A stretch of 64,000 bases of DNA from Bacillota bacterium (GCA_040757085.1 JBFLXJ010000033.1:28751-92750), one strand, 5' to 3'; shown: positions 27,364-37,910, counted from the first letter of the stretch. The notes: generated by a model from the letters alone, not told the origin. Program-made: numbers and translations.

Positions 27364-27621
27364 GTGCCCTGGAAAAGGTGCCCTAACTGCCAGAGGCTTT
27401 CCTATTCGGCGGCCACCACCCCTATCCGCTGGATATGCCCGCATTGCGAGCACGACCTCACCCTGATCCCGGACATCCTTCCCGACCGCGCGGAAATCGA
27501 GGCCGAGTTCATGGAGCTTGAGGGCTGGCGGGAATGGAAGCAGCGTCACAAAGGGAACGCAACGGGCACTCGGGGCACCGGGGACGGCGCGCCCGGCACA
27601 CCTCCCGCCCGTGGGCGATGA
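27364..27621 (+). CDS. small zinc-ribbon protein (hypothetical)
   Basis: A GTG at 27364 sits 7 nt after GGGAGGAAGAGAAGGGGGG. CPNC...CPHC gives two CxxC pairs. Its 3' ~110 nt overlap the convergent nth gene, so part of the tail may be spurious read-through. Confidence 0.3.
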   Translation: MPWKRCPNCQRLSYSAATTPIRWICPHCEHDLTLIPDILPDRAEIEAEFMELEGWREWKQRHKGNATGTRGTGDGAPGTPPARGR

Positions 27622-28276
27622 GGTTCACGTGCAGGCGGAAGTAGCGATCCGGATCCAGATTCTCCTGTAAGATTCTCTGTGCCCGGACCCTGTCCGCCTT
27701 AGGGGGCACCAGCCCCAGCCGGCGCGCGACCCGGTACACGTGAGTATCGACGGGGAATGCCGCCCGCCCCAGCCCGAACAGGAGCACGCAGGCCGCCGTC
27801 TTCGGACCCACTCCGGGCAACCCCTCCAGGAAGCGACGCGCCTCCTCAGGCGGGACCCCGCGGAGGAAATCCAGGCATACCCGGCCAGCCTGGGCCTTGA
27901 GTGCCTTCAGGATGGCCGCGATGCGCATGGCTTTCTGGCGCCCCAGGCCGGCGGGAGCGATGAGCTTTTCCAGCTGGGCGGGCGAGGCCTCCAGGACGGC
28001 TTCCCAGCGGGGGAAATGTTCCTTCAGGCGGCGGAACGCTTCCATGCTCGCCCGGTCTGAGGTGGCCTGGGAGAGGACGGTGGCCACCAGCACGTCCACG
28101 GGGTCGCGTCCCACCTGCCCCAGCAAGAGCCGCGACTCATCGCTGCCGTACCGCTCCTCGAGCAGGCGATCCACCCGGGCAATGACCTCCCGGTCCGCCT
28201 GCACGCGCGCGGGAACCCGGCCCCGGTGCCCGCCGCGCCAGGCCTCCCGCTCCCGGCCGTCATCAGACGTCGTCAC
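27509..28276 (-). CDS. nth: endonuclease III
   Basis: Contains HhH-GPD (LPGVGPKTAACVLL) and the 4Fe-4S cluster loop CRARRPRCPECPLRSLC. A GTG start at 28276 overlaps the murD stop as GTGA and follows AAGGGGG. Confidence 0.8.
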   Translation of the reverse strand: MTTSDDGREREAWRGGHRGRVPARVQADREVIARVDRLLEERYGSDESRLLLGQVGRDPVDVLVATVLSQATSDRASMEAFRRLKEHFPRWEAVLEASPAQLEKLIAPAGLGRQKAMRIAAILKALKAQAGRVCLDFLRGVPPEEARRFLEGLPGVGPKTAACVLLFGLGRAAFPVDTHVYRVARRLGLVPPKADRVRAQRILQENLDPDRYFRLHVNLIAHGREVCRARRPRCPECPLRSLCDAASIPASPQAP

Positions 28277-29676
28277 CGGTCCGCCCCCTTTGCCAGGCGG
28301 TGCACCAGCTCTCTGAACACCGCCCCCCTCTCCTCGTAGTTGCGGAACAAACCGAAAGACGCGCACGCGGGCGAGAGCAACACGGTATCCCCGGGCCGGG
28401 CCAGGAAGCGGGCAAGCTCGACGGCCTCGGCCATGCCGGCCACCTCGTGCAGGCCCGGGCCGGGCAGGCCGGTCTCCGCAGCCGCCTGCTCCACGGCGAG
28501 CCTGATGCGCGGCGCCGTGGCCCCCAGCAATATAAGGTGGCGCACCTTCCCCAGCACCCCGCGGGCGAACCCGGCGAAGTCCAGTTTTTTGTCGTACCCT
28601 CCCGCGATCAGGATGAGGGGACCCGGCAGCGAGGCCAGGGCAGCCAGGGCCCGGTCGGGGGTGGTGGCGATGGAGTCGTTGACGTAGAGGACCCCGTCCA
28701 CCTCTGCCACCCGCTCCAGCCGGTGGGGAATCCCGGTGAAGCTACCCAGCACCTGGGCCATGGCGGCGCGCTGCCCCCCTACCAGCCCGGCCGCCGTCGC
28801 TGCCGCCAGGGCGTTGAGGAGGTTGTGTCGGCCCACCAGGCGCAGGGCCGCCACCGGGCACACGGGTGCCGCTTCTTCTCGGGGCAGGCGCAGAACCAGT
28901 TTCCGCCCCTCACCCTGCCCTTCCACCCATGCCCCCCGGGGGAAGGGACCCTGCTCACCAAAAAACAGGACTTTTCCCCTGGCGTCTTCGGCCTGACTCG
29001 CCACCACATCATCCTCGGCATTGAGGACCACATAATCCTGGGGGGTCTGATGCAGGAAAATCCTGCGCTTTGCCGCCACATACTCGTCCCACGAGGAGTG
29101 TACGTCCATGTGATCGGGGAACAGGTTGAGCAGCACCCCCACGTGCGGGCTGCGCTCGGTCAGTTCCAGTTGAAAAGAGGAAATCTCCAGCACCACCCGT
29201 GCGGAAGGGGGGATCTCGTGCACCCGGTCGATGAGGGGGGCTCCTATGTTCCCGCCCAGGTACACCCGGTAGCCGGATGCCTCCAGCATGCGGGCCACCA
29301 GGGTGGAGGTGGTGGTCTTGCCGGCGCTGCCGGTGATGCCCACCACGGGAGCGGGACACAGTTCCAGGAACAGGGGAATTTCCCCCGAAACCACGGCACC
29401 CCGCCGCCTGGCCTCCTCCACCTGGGGGAGGTGCTTGGGCATGCCGGGGGTGAGGAACACCACGTCGAACCCCTCGGAGAGGACGTCCAGGTACCCGGGA
29501 CCCAGTACGGTGCGCACGGGCCACTGCGCCACTTCCTGCAGGCGCTCGCCCAGTTCCCGGGCCGGCTTCTGGTCCAGGAGGGTCACCCGCGCCCCCTGGC
29601 GCACGAGAAAGCGCGCCAGGGCCAGGTTGGAAACCCCCAGCCCGACTACCGCCACCTTCTTACCCTCGAGGTGCAA
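28273..29676 (-). CDS. murD: UDP-N-acetylmuramoylalanine--D-glutamate ligase
   Basis: The N-terminus reads KKVAVVGLGVSNLALARFL. The Mur ligase P-loop GITGSAGKTTT is present. It lies outside any division and cell-wall cluster in this window. Confidence 0.85.
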   Translation of the reverse strand: MHLEGKKVAVVGLGVSNLALARFLVRQGARVTLLDQKPARELGERLQEVAQWPVRTVLGPGYLDVLSEGFDVVFLTPGMPKHLPQVEEARRRGAVVSGEIPLFLELCPAPVVGITGSAGKTTTSTLVARMLEASGYRVYLGGNIGAPLIDRVHEIPPSARVVLEISSFQLELTERSPHVGVLLNLFPDHMDVHSSWDEYVAAKRRIFLHQTPQDYVVLNAEDDVVASQAEDARGKVLFFGEQGPFPRGAWVEGQGEGRKLVLRLPREEAAPVCPVAALRLVGRHNLLNALAAATAAGLVGGQRAAMAQVLGSFTGIPHRLERVAEVDGVLYVNDSIATTPDRALAALASLPGPLILIAGGYDKKLDFAGFARGVLGKVRHLILLGATAPRIRLAVEQAAAETGLPGPGLHEVAGMAEAVELARFLARPGDTVLLSPACASFGLFRNYEERGAVFRELVHRLAKGADR

Positions 29677-29680
29677 TCGT

Positions 29681-31675
29681 TCACCCCCGGGTATAGCTTG
29701 CCTCGCTCAAAAGGCCCATCATGTCGGCCTTGAACGCCTGGTCGTAGCGTCCCCTGCGCAACGCTGTAACCAGCCGGGGGAGCGTCTCCTCGCCCCCCAG
29801 GTCGAGGGCGGGCCACGTGGCGAGAAACACGTCCCGCCCGTGCTTCCAGGCCGCCTTGAAGTACCGCAGACCTTGCCTGGCATCCCCGGCCCGCAGGGCA
29901 CATGCTCCCAGCAGGGTCAGCGCCACCGGGTGGGAGCGCTCGCGCGCCATTACCCGGCGGCACACGGCCTCACACGTAACCAGGTCTCCCTGGCGGAGGC
30001 ACACCTGTCCGTACAACATCTGGGCCACAATGTCCTCGGGAACCACCACCAGGTACCGCTCCCACGCCTCGCGAGCCTTGTCCGCCCTCCCCGTGCGCTG
30101 GTAGGCAAGGGCCAGGCGGCGCAGGTACCCCATATCCTCCGGGTCGAGACGGCAGGCGTCCTCCCACCAGCGCACCGCTTCTTCCCAGTCCCCGCGCCGG
30201 GCGTGCAGTTCCCCCAGGTCGCATGCCGTCCGGGGGTCGTTGCGGTCAAGGGCGTGGCCGCGTTCCAGGACTTCTCGGGCCTGTTCCAGCTCGCCCCGCT
30301 CCATGTGCCAGACCCCCAGCACCCGGTACACACCCGGGTCGGCGGGCTGCAGACGCCGTGCCCGTTCCGCATACTCACGGGCCAGGGCGAAGCTCCTCCC
30401 TCCGGTGTGCACCAGGGACGCTGCCAGCAGGATGGCCGGGTCGCTGGGGTAACGGCGCACCGCCGCATCGACCGTACGGGCGGCCAGTTCATAGATGGGG
30501 CAGTGAGCGTATGCCTCCAGCAGCAAATCGTGCAGCTGCTCGTCCAGGTCGGCAGGCAAGTCCAGGGCCAGCGCCTCCTCCAGTACCTCCCATGCCTCCT
30601 GCCAGCGGTGCAGGGAAGCATACAGGTCGGCCAGGAACACCCGCGCATATCCTTCCTGCTTGTCCTGACGACGGACCTCCTCCCAAAGGCGGGAAGCCCC
30701 GTAATAGTCACCCATGGCAGCGTTGGCCAGTCCCAGTTTCACCTTGGCTTCGGCATCGTCGGGATAGGCGAACAGGAGACGCTCCAGGTACCCGCGTGCC
30801 GCCTGGTAATCCTCCTGCTCGAGGGCCACGTTGGCCAGGGTGTGCAGGGAGGGACCGTAAGCATTCAGGCCGGAAACCGTCTTTTGCCACTCCCGCACGG
30901 CCTGTTCCACATCGCCGCTAAGGTAGTGCACCATCCCCAGCAGGTGGCGGGCCATGGGATACTGCGGATCGGCGAGCAGGGCCTGCCGGGCCATGAGGGA
31001 AGCCCGCCGCAGGTTGCCCAGGTGATACAGGTACAGTTCCCCCAGACGGCAGTACGCCTCCGCGCAAGAGGGATCGGCCTCCACCGCCTGACGGAGGCAA
31101 CTGACCGCCTGGGAGTATCTACCCTGCTGCATCTCCACCATGGCCGCTCCCACCATGGCGGAGGCGTTGCGCGGTTGCACGGACATGGCCCGCTGGAAAT
31201 GCTCGGCTGCCAGTTCGAGCCTGCCCAGTTGCAGGTACACGCGTCCCAGGAGGTCATGGGCCTCGGCGTCCTCGTTGCCCGTGGCGATGACGCGGTTGAG
31301 GGCTTCGGCCGCCTGGTCATAACGGCGGAAGCGGGCATATATGCGCCCCAGCAACTTCAGGCTTTCAGGGTCGGCGTTCCCCCTCAGGAGCGGGCGAAGG
31401 GGATCGATCACGGCCGCCATCCGCTGCTCCGTCCACTCCCGCCCCAGTGCCCCTCCCACCATCCAGTCTTCGCAGGAATCCAGGAGGACCTCTGCCAGTT
31501 GACGACGGATCTCCGGGTTGTGGGGATCTTCGTCCATAGCCTGGTAAAGGGCTCGGGCCGCGTAACGATGGTTACCGCGTGCCAGATGACCTGCCGCCCG
31601 GGATAGGAGGCGAGCTACCCTCCTCTTATTCGTCTCGCCTTTGCTTGCTGCCCGGGCGCTTTCCTTCTTGTCCAA
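29681..31675 (-). CDS. tetratricopeptide-repeat protein
   Basis: TPR-like 34-aa A/L/Y/G/R-rich repeats run throughout. TTG start. Confidence 0.65.
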   Translation of the reverse strand: MDKKESARAASKGETNKRRVARLLSRAAGHLARGNHRYAARALYQAMDEDPHNPEIRRQLAEVLLDSCEDWMVGGALGREWTEQRMAAVIDPLRPLLRGNADPESLKLLGRIYARFRRYDQAAEALNRVIATGNEDAEAHDLLGRVYLQLGRLELAAEHFQRAMSVQPRNASAMVGAAMVEMQQGRYSQAVSCLRQAVEADPSCAEAYCRLGELYLYHLGNLRRASLMARQALLADPQYPMARHLLGMVHYLSGDVEQAVREWQKTVSGLNAYGPSLHTLANVALEQEDYQAARGYLERLLFAYPDDAEAKVKLGLANAAMGDYYGASRLWEEVRRQDKQEGYARVFLADLYASLHRWQEAWEVLEEALALDLPADLDEQLHDLLLEAYAHCPIYELAARTVDAAVRRYPSDPAILLAASLVHTGGRSFALAREYAERARRLQPADPGVYRVLGVWHMERGELEQAREVLERGHALDRNDPRTACDLGELHARRGDWEEAVRWWEDACRLDPEDMGYLRRLALAYQRTGRADKAREAWERYLVVVPEDIVAQMLYGQVCLRQGDLVTCEAVCRRVMARERSHPVALTLLGACALRAGDARQGLRYFKAAWKHGRDVFLATWPALDLGGEETLPRLVTALRRGRYDQAFKADMMGLLSEASYTRG

Positions 31676-31874
31676 CGGTATGTTAGCCCCCCGATGGTTT
31701 CTCCGTGCTCATTCGACGCAGGCAAGAATATCCCTCTCTGAACTCAGTCTACGGCAACATTCGTCCCCGGCGTGCCCGCGACTCCCCTCCCCCGTACCGC
31801 CACGCGCAACTCCTGATCTCATGGGGCAGCCATCCGCACGCCTGGATCTCTCCGGTGCCGGCACCTGGACATCC

Positions 31875-32615
31875 CTAGATCTGGTAACGGCTGCCCTCAC
31901 CCGCAAGTTCCACGGGGAGGCCCGCTTCCCCCACGACTGCCTGGGCTTCTTCCAGCACCTTCGCCCAATCCGCGGTGGGCCAGAGGTGGGTGAGGAGTAA
32001 GCGCTTGGCCCCTGCCCGCCGGCCCAGTTCTCCGGCCTGGCGCCCCGTGAGGTGTCCGGGCGACCGTGGCTCGTCCTCGAGCAGGGTCGCCTCGCACAGC
32101 AAGAGGTCGGCGTCCCGGGCAAATTCCACCAGGGGGTCGTGCCAGGAGGTGTCCCCCGTATATACGAGCTTCCTGCCCCCCTGTTCTATCGACATGGCGT
32201 ATGTAAGCACGGTATGGGGCACGGCCAGGAACCGAAACACCAGCCCTCCCAGGTCAAGCTTCTCGTCGGGGTCGATGGGCCGGGGATCCAGCACCTGCTT
32301 GTAGCGCAGGCGCTCGAACTCTTCCTCGGGCAGGGGCGGGGCGTACAGCGTGAGCGGCCGCGAGCGCGTGCCGTCAGCGACGGCACGCTGAACCGCATAC
32401 CGTAGCACAAGCAAGTCGGACATGTGGTCTCCGTGCAGGTGAGAAAAGACGACGGCTTCCAGGCCGCGGAAGTCGGCGTGGCGGGCCAGGTTGGCCATCA
32501 CCCCGCTGCCGCAGTCCACCAGCACCGAGATCGGACCTGCCTGCACCAGGTACCCCGAACAAGCTCTCCCCGCCGCCGGGTACCCGCCACAAACCCCCAG
32601 TACCGTCAGTCGCAT
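31875..32615 (-). CDS. MBL-fold metallo-hydrolase
   Basis: HLHGDH is the HxHxDH motif. The ATG at 32615 is directly preceded by GGAGGGAGGAGC. Confidence 0.7.
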   Translation of the reverse strand: MRLTVLGVCGGYPAAGRACSGYLVQAGPISVLVDCGSGVMANLARHADFRGLEAVVFSHLHGDHMSDLLVLRYAVQRAVADGTRSRPLTLYAPPLPEEEFERLRYKQVLDPRPIDPDEKLDLGGLVFRFLAVPHTVLTYAMSIEQGGRKLVYTGDTSWHDPLVEFARDADLLLCEATLLEDEPRSPGHLTGRQAGELGRRAGAKRLLLTHLWPTADWAKVLEEAQAVVGEAGLPVELAGEGSRYQI

Positions 32616-32700
32616 GCTCCTCCCTCCGCTTCTCACCCGACAGCACAGGCAGAACGCCCCGCTGATCTCCCGGCAGCCGGGCCGGGATCACAACCTTCAC

Positions 32701-34656
32701 CTACATGACGACGGGCGCCGGGATGCCCAGGATGTCCAGCACCCCGGCCATCACACGGCGAAAAGCGTCCACCAGTGCCAGACGAAACCGCCGCTCCTCG
32801 GGTTCCGCAGCCAGGACGGGAGTGGTCTCATAGAAGTCGGTGAACACCTGGGCGAGCCCGTAAGCATAATCGGCGAACAGTGAGGGCAGGTTGAGGTCAC
32901 AGGCCTTGCCCAGCACCAGGGACATCTCCATCATCTTCAGGATCAGGGCCTTTTCCGCAGGCCCCACCTGCGGCTCCCTGCCGAAACCTTGCTCTCCCGC
33001 GGGCACGGCCAGCAGGCCCCGTTCGCGCGCACGGGCAAGAATGCTGCACGCCCGGGCATGGGAGTACTGCAGGTAGGGACCGCTGTTCCCCTGCATGCTC
33101 AGGGCATCGTCGAAGTCAAAGGCCACCAGGGTGTTGGGGTGGAACCTCACCATGTAGTAACGCACGGCGCCACAGGCGATGGAGCGGGCGATTTCTTCCC
33201 GGCGGGAGGGTTCCAATTCCGGGTGGCGGGCCTCCACTTCGCGCAGGGCCAGGCGCTCGGCGGCGGCCAGCAGGTCCTTTGCCTTCACTCCCACCCCCTT
33301 GCGCCCGGACATGGCCACCGCCCCGGCGTCTTCTTCCACCTCAAGGCCCAGCTCCCGGGCGGCCCGGGGCGAGAGGGCCACCACTTCGTAGGCGAAGTGG
33401 ATGGAGTTGCGGGCCGCCTCTTCGAACCCCAGCCGGCGCAAGGAATAACGGAGGACGTCCTGCAGGTACTTTTGCCTGACATCTATGACGTTGATCACAC
33501 GCCAGGCCCGCCCGAATTCACCCTCCTGGCCATCGGCGGTGGTGGACGTCCACAGGACGGTCCCGTCCGGTTGCCGCACGTAAGGGCGATAACGGAAGTC
33601 CTTCCCCAGCAGGCCGAACTTCCACAACTGGTAGGCGATGTCTTTGCCCGTATAGGTGGCGGTGCCATCCGAACGCACCAGGACCTTGTCCGGGTTTTCC
33701 AGGTGGGCGAACTCAGGCAGGTCGGAGAGCTTGACCACCCAGCAGCCGGCGTTGGGACCCGTCTCCTCTTTGACCAACGTGCCTTCCTGCCGCAACATTT
33801 CAAAGGCGTGGCGGAAAAACCCGGCCCGCAGGATGTCAGACTCCCAGGTGAGGAGGTCATAGCGAATCCCGAGCGGCCACATGGTGTGAAGGTGCTCCTT
33901 CACAATGGCCTCCGCCACCTCACGGGCGGTGCGCGCGACCTCATTATCCCCTTCTTCGATCAGGGAGAGCACCTGGCGGCGGTACTCGCGCGCACCCGGG
34001 TCGCGCTCGTACAGGTCCTGCACCTCGGTGTAAAGATCCCAGCAGAAGTAGTCAAAGGGCTCGTCAGGCCGGGGACGACAACCCAGGCGGTGCAGCCCCA
34101 CCACGATGTCGGCCACCTGCACGCCGGTATCGTCGATGTAGTTCTGCACCTCCACCTGATACCCCCGCGCCCGGTACAACCGGGCCAGGGTGTCTCCCAG
34201 GCAGGCGTTGCGGAGGTGACCGATATGGGCAGCCTTGTTGGGATTTATGTTGGTGTGCTCGATGACCACCTTGGGCCCGGTGCCGGGATCGCTGCGACCG
34301 TACGCCTCTCCCCGCTCGGCCACCTGGCTCAGGAACTCCAGGGCCAGGTTGCCCGCTGCCAGCCGGAAGTTCACGTAGCCGGGGGCGGTGGCCGTCACCT
34401 CCCGCACCCAGGGCAGTTCGCCGCGCGAAACGCGCGCGGTTATGCTCTCCGCCACCTCGCGGGCCATGTCCAGGGGAGGCCGCCGCAACGTGCGGGCCAG
34501 GGTCAGGCACACGGGGGAGGACAGGTCCCCGAACTCCTCCCGTGGCGGGGTTTCCAGGCCCACCTCCTCCGGCGCGATGCGGGCACCCAGTTCGGCCACC
34601 GCCCGAACCAGCGCCTCCCGTAACGTCTCCTGTAACCTGGCCAGATCCAGTTCCAC
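32701..34656 (-). CDS. argS: arginine--tRNA ligase
   Basis: The class I motif PNKAAHIGHLRN is present. The length is ~650 aa. AAGGGAG RBS. Confidence 0.9.
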   Translation of the reverse strand: MELDLARLQETLREALVRAVAELGARIAPEEVGLETPPREEFGDLSSPVCLTLARTLRRPPLDMAREVAESITARVSRGELPWVREVTATAPGYVNFRLAAGNLALEFLSQVAERGEAYGRSDPGTGPKVVIEHTNINPNKAAHIGHLRNACLGDTLARLYRARGYQVEVQNYIDDTGVQVADIVVGLHRLGCRPRPDEPFDYFCWDLYTEVQDLYERDPGAREYRRQVLSLIEEGDNEVARTAREVAEAIVKEHLHTMWPLGIRYDLLTWESDILRAGFFRHAFEMLRQEGTLVKEETGPNAGCWVVKLSDLPEFAHLENPDKVLVRSDGTATYTGKDIAYQLWKFGLLGKDFRYRPYVRQPDGTVLWTSTTADGQEGEFGRAWRVINVIDVRQKYLQDVLRYSLRRLGFEEAARNSIHFAYEVVALSPRAARELGLEVEEDAGAVAMSGRKGVGVKAKDLLAAAERLALREVEARHPELEPSRREEIARSIACGAVRYYMVRFHPNTLVAFDFDDALSMQGNSGPYLQYSHARACSILARARERGLLAVPAGEQGFGREPQVGPAEKALILKMMEMSLVLGKACDLNLPSLFADYAYGLAQVFTDFYETTPVLAAEPEERRFRLALVDAFRRVMAGVLDILGIPAPVVM

Positions 34657-34776
34657 CCACTCCCTTATCGTCCCAGGCGGCTACCGGGGGCCGCAGGACA
34701 GCCACCGGTATTCTAGCCAAGCCGCCCGGTCCCATGCAACAGTCCGGCGACCCCCCTCTTGTCGCGGATCGGTCCC

Positions 34777-34804
34777 TTGACACGAGCGGTGGGGATCATA
34801 ATCA
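34777..34804 (+). promoter_or_regulatory. putative sigma-A promoter (TTGACA-16-TAATCA) for the downstream membrane protein gene
   Basis: TTGACA at 34777-34782 and ATAATC/TAATCA at 34798-34804. Confidence 0.4.
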
Positions 34805-34874
34805 TTTAGGGGGCAAGCCCGATCCCGAGACGGGGCCGCCGGCACAAACTTTTTTGGGGGAGTGAACGAACACC

Positions 34875-35891
34875 GTGGTAGCAGGGCTCGTAGCCATCCT
34901 GATTCTGGTCCTGGTACTTCCTTTCGTTTTCCGTCCCGTCGAGCACAACCTGGAGGCGTTTCTCTTTGTGATGGGGGTGGCGGCTACCCTGGTTTCCCGC
35001 ACCCTCAGCGTGCACCTCTTCCTGCACGCGCTCCGCGAACCCCTCATGATCACCGGCGCCGTCCTGGTAGCCGGGCTCCTGTTCCGGTTCCTCCAGAAGC
35101 AGGTGGGGGCCACAGTGGAAGGGGCCGTGCGCAAACTGTCCCTGCCCTTCTTCGGGGCCCTGGTGGTGGTGGCCCTGGGCATGGTGTCCAGCATAATCAC
35201 CGCCATCATCGCTTCCCTGGTACTGGTGGAAATCGTCAACTCCCTGCCCGTCGACAGGCAACGCCGGGTGCCCTTCACCGTGGCCGCCTGCTTTGCCATC
35301 GGCCTGGGGGCTGCGCTCACGCCGGTGGGAGAACCCCTTTCTACCATCGCCACATCCAAAATGGGCCAGGGATTCTGGTACCTGGCCGGGCTGCTGGCAA
35401 AGTTCATAGTGCCGGGGATCCTCGCGCTGGGTGTCCTGTCCGCCTATCTGCTGCGGGGGCGGGCAGTGACGCCCGGGGGTGAGCGGCGGGAAATCCGGGG
35501 TGAAACCGTCCCCGGTGTCATCGTAAGAGCGTTGAAGGTCTACCTGTTCGTGATGGCGCTGGTCCTCTTGGGGGAAGGATTCAAGCCGGTCATCGACATG
35601 TACGTGCTCAAGCTGTCCCCCCAGATCCTGTACTGGATTAACATGGTCTCTGCCGTCTTAGACAACGCTACCCTGACCGCGGCGGAGATCACCCGGGAGA
35701 TGACGGACGCCCAGGTGCGGGCGATCCTGATGGGCCTCCTCATTTCCGGCGGAATGCTCATCCCCGGGAACATCCCCAACATCATCTCGGCGGGGAAGCT
35801 CGGCATCGGCAGCCGCGACTGGGCCCGCACCGGCATCCCCCTCGGCCTGGTGCTGCTCGCGGCCTACTTCGTCATCCTGTTCGTGCTCTAG
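34875..35891 (+). CDS. integral membrane protein, possibly a DUF1646-like predicted cation transporter
   Basis: About 10 hydrophobic helices. GTG start. The family assignment is from memory only. Confidence 0.5.
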   Translation: MVAGLVAILILVLVLPFVFRPVEHNLEAFLFVMGVAATLVSRTLSVHLFLHALREPLMITGAVLVAGLLFRFLQKQVGATVEGAVRKLSLPFFGALVVVALGMVSSIITAIIASLVLVEIVNSLPVDRQRRVPFTVAACFAIGLGAALTPVGEPLSTIATSKMGQGFWYLAGLLAKFIVPGILALGVLSAYLLRGRAVTPGGERREIRGETVPGVIVRALKVYLFVMALVLLGEGFKPVIDMYVLKLSPQILYWINMVSAVLDNATLTAAEITREMTDAQVRAILMGLLISGGMLIPGNIPNIISAGKLGIGSRDWARTGIPLGLVLLAAYFVILFVL

Positions 35892-36083
35892 CGCGGCGGC
35901 CCGGGTGCGATGGTAAAGCAGACCGCCAATGCGGCCCGTCTCCGCAGCACTCAGACCGCCCCATCCGCGCGCCCGTACCTTGTCCCACAGCCCCAACTCC
36001 CTGGCAATGGCCTCCTTGAGGGGAGCCAGGGGATCTTCCTTCCTGACGCTCAAAACCTGCACCACCGCCCGGCCCGGTCCCGC

Positions 36084-37910
36084 TTATTTTGGCCTCCAGC
36101 GCCGTGTCGCTATACCGGCACCACCCCCCGCGGCGGCGGCGAACTGCATGTCATACAGGCGCCGGTACATGCCGCCCCGGGCCAGGAGCTCATCGTGGGT
36201 GCCTGCTTCCACGATGCGGCCCTCGTCCAGCACGTAGATGCGGTCAGCGTCCCGTACGGTGGAAAGCCGGTGGGCAATCACCACCGCTGTGCGGCCCCTG
36301 AGCAGGCGGCGCAGGGCCTCCTGGATCAGGGCCTCCGTGTACGGGTCCACGCTGGAGGTGGCCTCATCCAGCACCAGGATGGCGGGATCGGCCAGCAGGG
36401 CGCGGGCGAAGGCCAGGAGCTGCCGCTGCCCCACGGAAATGCGGGCCCCCCTCTCCCCCACCTCGGTGTCGTAGCCCTGAGGGAGCCGGCGGATGAAGGC
36501 ATCCGCCCCCACCGCTCGCGCGGCTTCTTCCACCTCGTGGTCGCTAGCGGTGGGCCTGCCGTACCGGATGTTTTCCCGGACGGTACCCGAGAAAACGAAG
36601 CTGTCCTGCAGCACCACTCCCATCTGGCGACGCAACGAGGCCAGCGTCACGCGGCGGATGTCATGGCCGTCTATGGTGATGCGCCCCTCCTGGGGGTCGT
36701 AAAAGCGGGCCAGCAGGTTGATCACGGTGGTCTTGCCCGCCCCGGTCGGGCCCACGAGTGCGACGGTTTCTCCCGGCCGCGCCTCCAGGTTGATGCGGTG
36801 CAGCACCTCCTGGCCGGGCTCGTAGGAGAAGCTGACGTCCTCGAACTTCACCTCGCCCCGCACCCTGGGCAGTTCGACCGCGTCCGGGGCCTCCCTCACC
36901 GCGGGTTGGGTGCCCAGGATCTCCAGGATGCGCTCGGTGGAAACCCCTGCGGAGAGGAACACGCTGTAAACCTGGGTGATTTCCCGGATGGGCATGAAAA
37001 ACCGAGCCAGGTAGCTCAGGAAGGCCACCACGGTGCCGAGGGGTACCTCCCCCAGCGAGATGAGGTAACCCCCGTACCAGACCACCACCGCCGACCCCAC
37101 CGCTCCCACCAGTTCCACCGCCGGGTAGAAGGCAGACTCCAGGGCGGCGGCCTGCACGTTGGCCCGCAAGTTGCGAGCGTTGATTTCGTCGAAGCGTTCC
37201 GCATTAACCTCTTCTCTCGAAAAGGCCTGGGTCACCCGCACACCTGATATGGACTCCTGCAGGTTAGCGTTCACATCGGCTATGCGCCGCCTCACGCGGT
37301 GAAAGGCCTGGACCAGCCTCCCTTGGAATCCCCAGGTAAGCAGAAACAGCAGGGGAAGCACCGAGAAGGAGGCCAGGGCCAGGGGCGCGTCGATACGCAG
37401 CATGACGTAGATGATGCCCACGATGCTCACCAGGTCTCCCAGCGTGCTCACCAGGCCGGAGGTGATCAGTTGACTGAGGGCATCCACGTCATTGGTGACC
37501 CGGGACATGACCCGACCCACCTGGGTGCGGTCCCAGAAGTCCGGGCCCAGGCCCAGGAGATGGGCGAACAGGCGCTGGCGCACATCGAACACGACGGTCT
37601 GGCCCACCCGCGACATGATGTACACCTGGGCGTACAGGGCCAGCCACTGGGCCAGGTGAGCAGCCAGGTAGAGCGCGCCGGCGCCCAGCACCCCGCGCAT
37701 ATCCCGGGCCGGGATATAGCGGTCGATGACCAGCTTGACCAGGTAAGGCCCGGGGAGCCCCAGGGCAGCCACCAGGATCACCAGCACCGTGGCTGCCGCC
37801 AGGGACGAAAGGTGCGGCCGCAGCCAGCGCCCCAGTTCCCGGTAGGCACGGCGGCTGACCTGGGAAAGGCGGGCGTCGGCATCCAGGGCATCATGAGGTC
37901 CGAACCACAT
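36084..37910 (-). CDS. ABC exporter, fused transmembrane and ATP-binding subunit (heterodimer partner B)
   Basis: A 6-helix TMD is followed by Walker A GPTGAGKTT, the signature LSVGQRQLL and Walker B LVLDEATSSVD. Confidence 0.8.
   Translation of the reverse strand: MWFGPHDALDADARLSQVSRRAYRELGRWLRPHLSSLAAATVLVILVAALGLPGPYLVKLVIDRYIPARDMRGVLGAGALYLAAHLAQWLALYAQVYIMSRVGQTVVFDVRQRLFAHLLGLGPDFWDRTQVGRVMSRVTNDVDALSQLITSGLVSTLGDLVSIVGIIYVMLRIDAPLALASFSVLPLLFLLTWGFQGRLVQAFHRVRRRIADVNANLQESISGVRVTQAFSREEVNAERFDEINARNLRANVQAAALESAFYPAVELVGAVGSAVVVWYGGYLISLGEVPLGTVVAFLSYLARFFMPIREITQVYSVFLSAGVSTERILEILGTQPAVREAPDAVELPRVRGEVKFEDVSFSYEPGQEVLHRINLEARPGETVALVGPTGAGKTTVINLLARFYDPQEGRITIDGHDIRRVTLASLRRQMGVVLQDSFVFSGTVRENIRYGRPTASDHEVEEAARAVGADAFIRRLPQGYDTEVGERGARISVGQRQLLAFARALLADPAILVLDEATSSVDPYTEALIQEALRRLLRGRTAVVIAHRLSTVRDADRIYVLDEGRIVEAGTHDELLARGGMYRRLYDMQFAAAAGGGAGIATRRWRPK

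Noticed and set aside
29288-31606. 772-aa plus-strand ORF
   Set aside because: It is antisense to the TPR gene and the murD 5' end, with junk composition.
34657-34874. T-box riboswitch upstream of argS, or an attenuator upstream of the DUF1646-like gene
   Set aside because: I looked for T-box conserved sequence and a specifier hairpin and found neither. The leader is only ~60 nt after a TTGCAT-17-TAGAAT promoter. A U6 run at ~34846-34851 on the plus strand lacks a convincing preceding stem.
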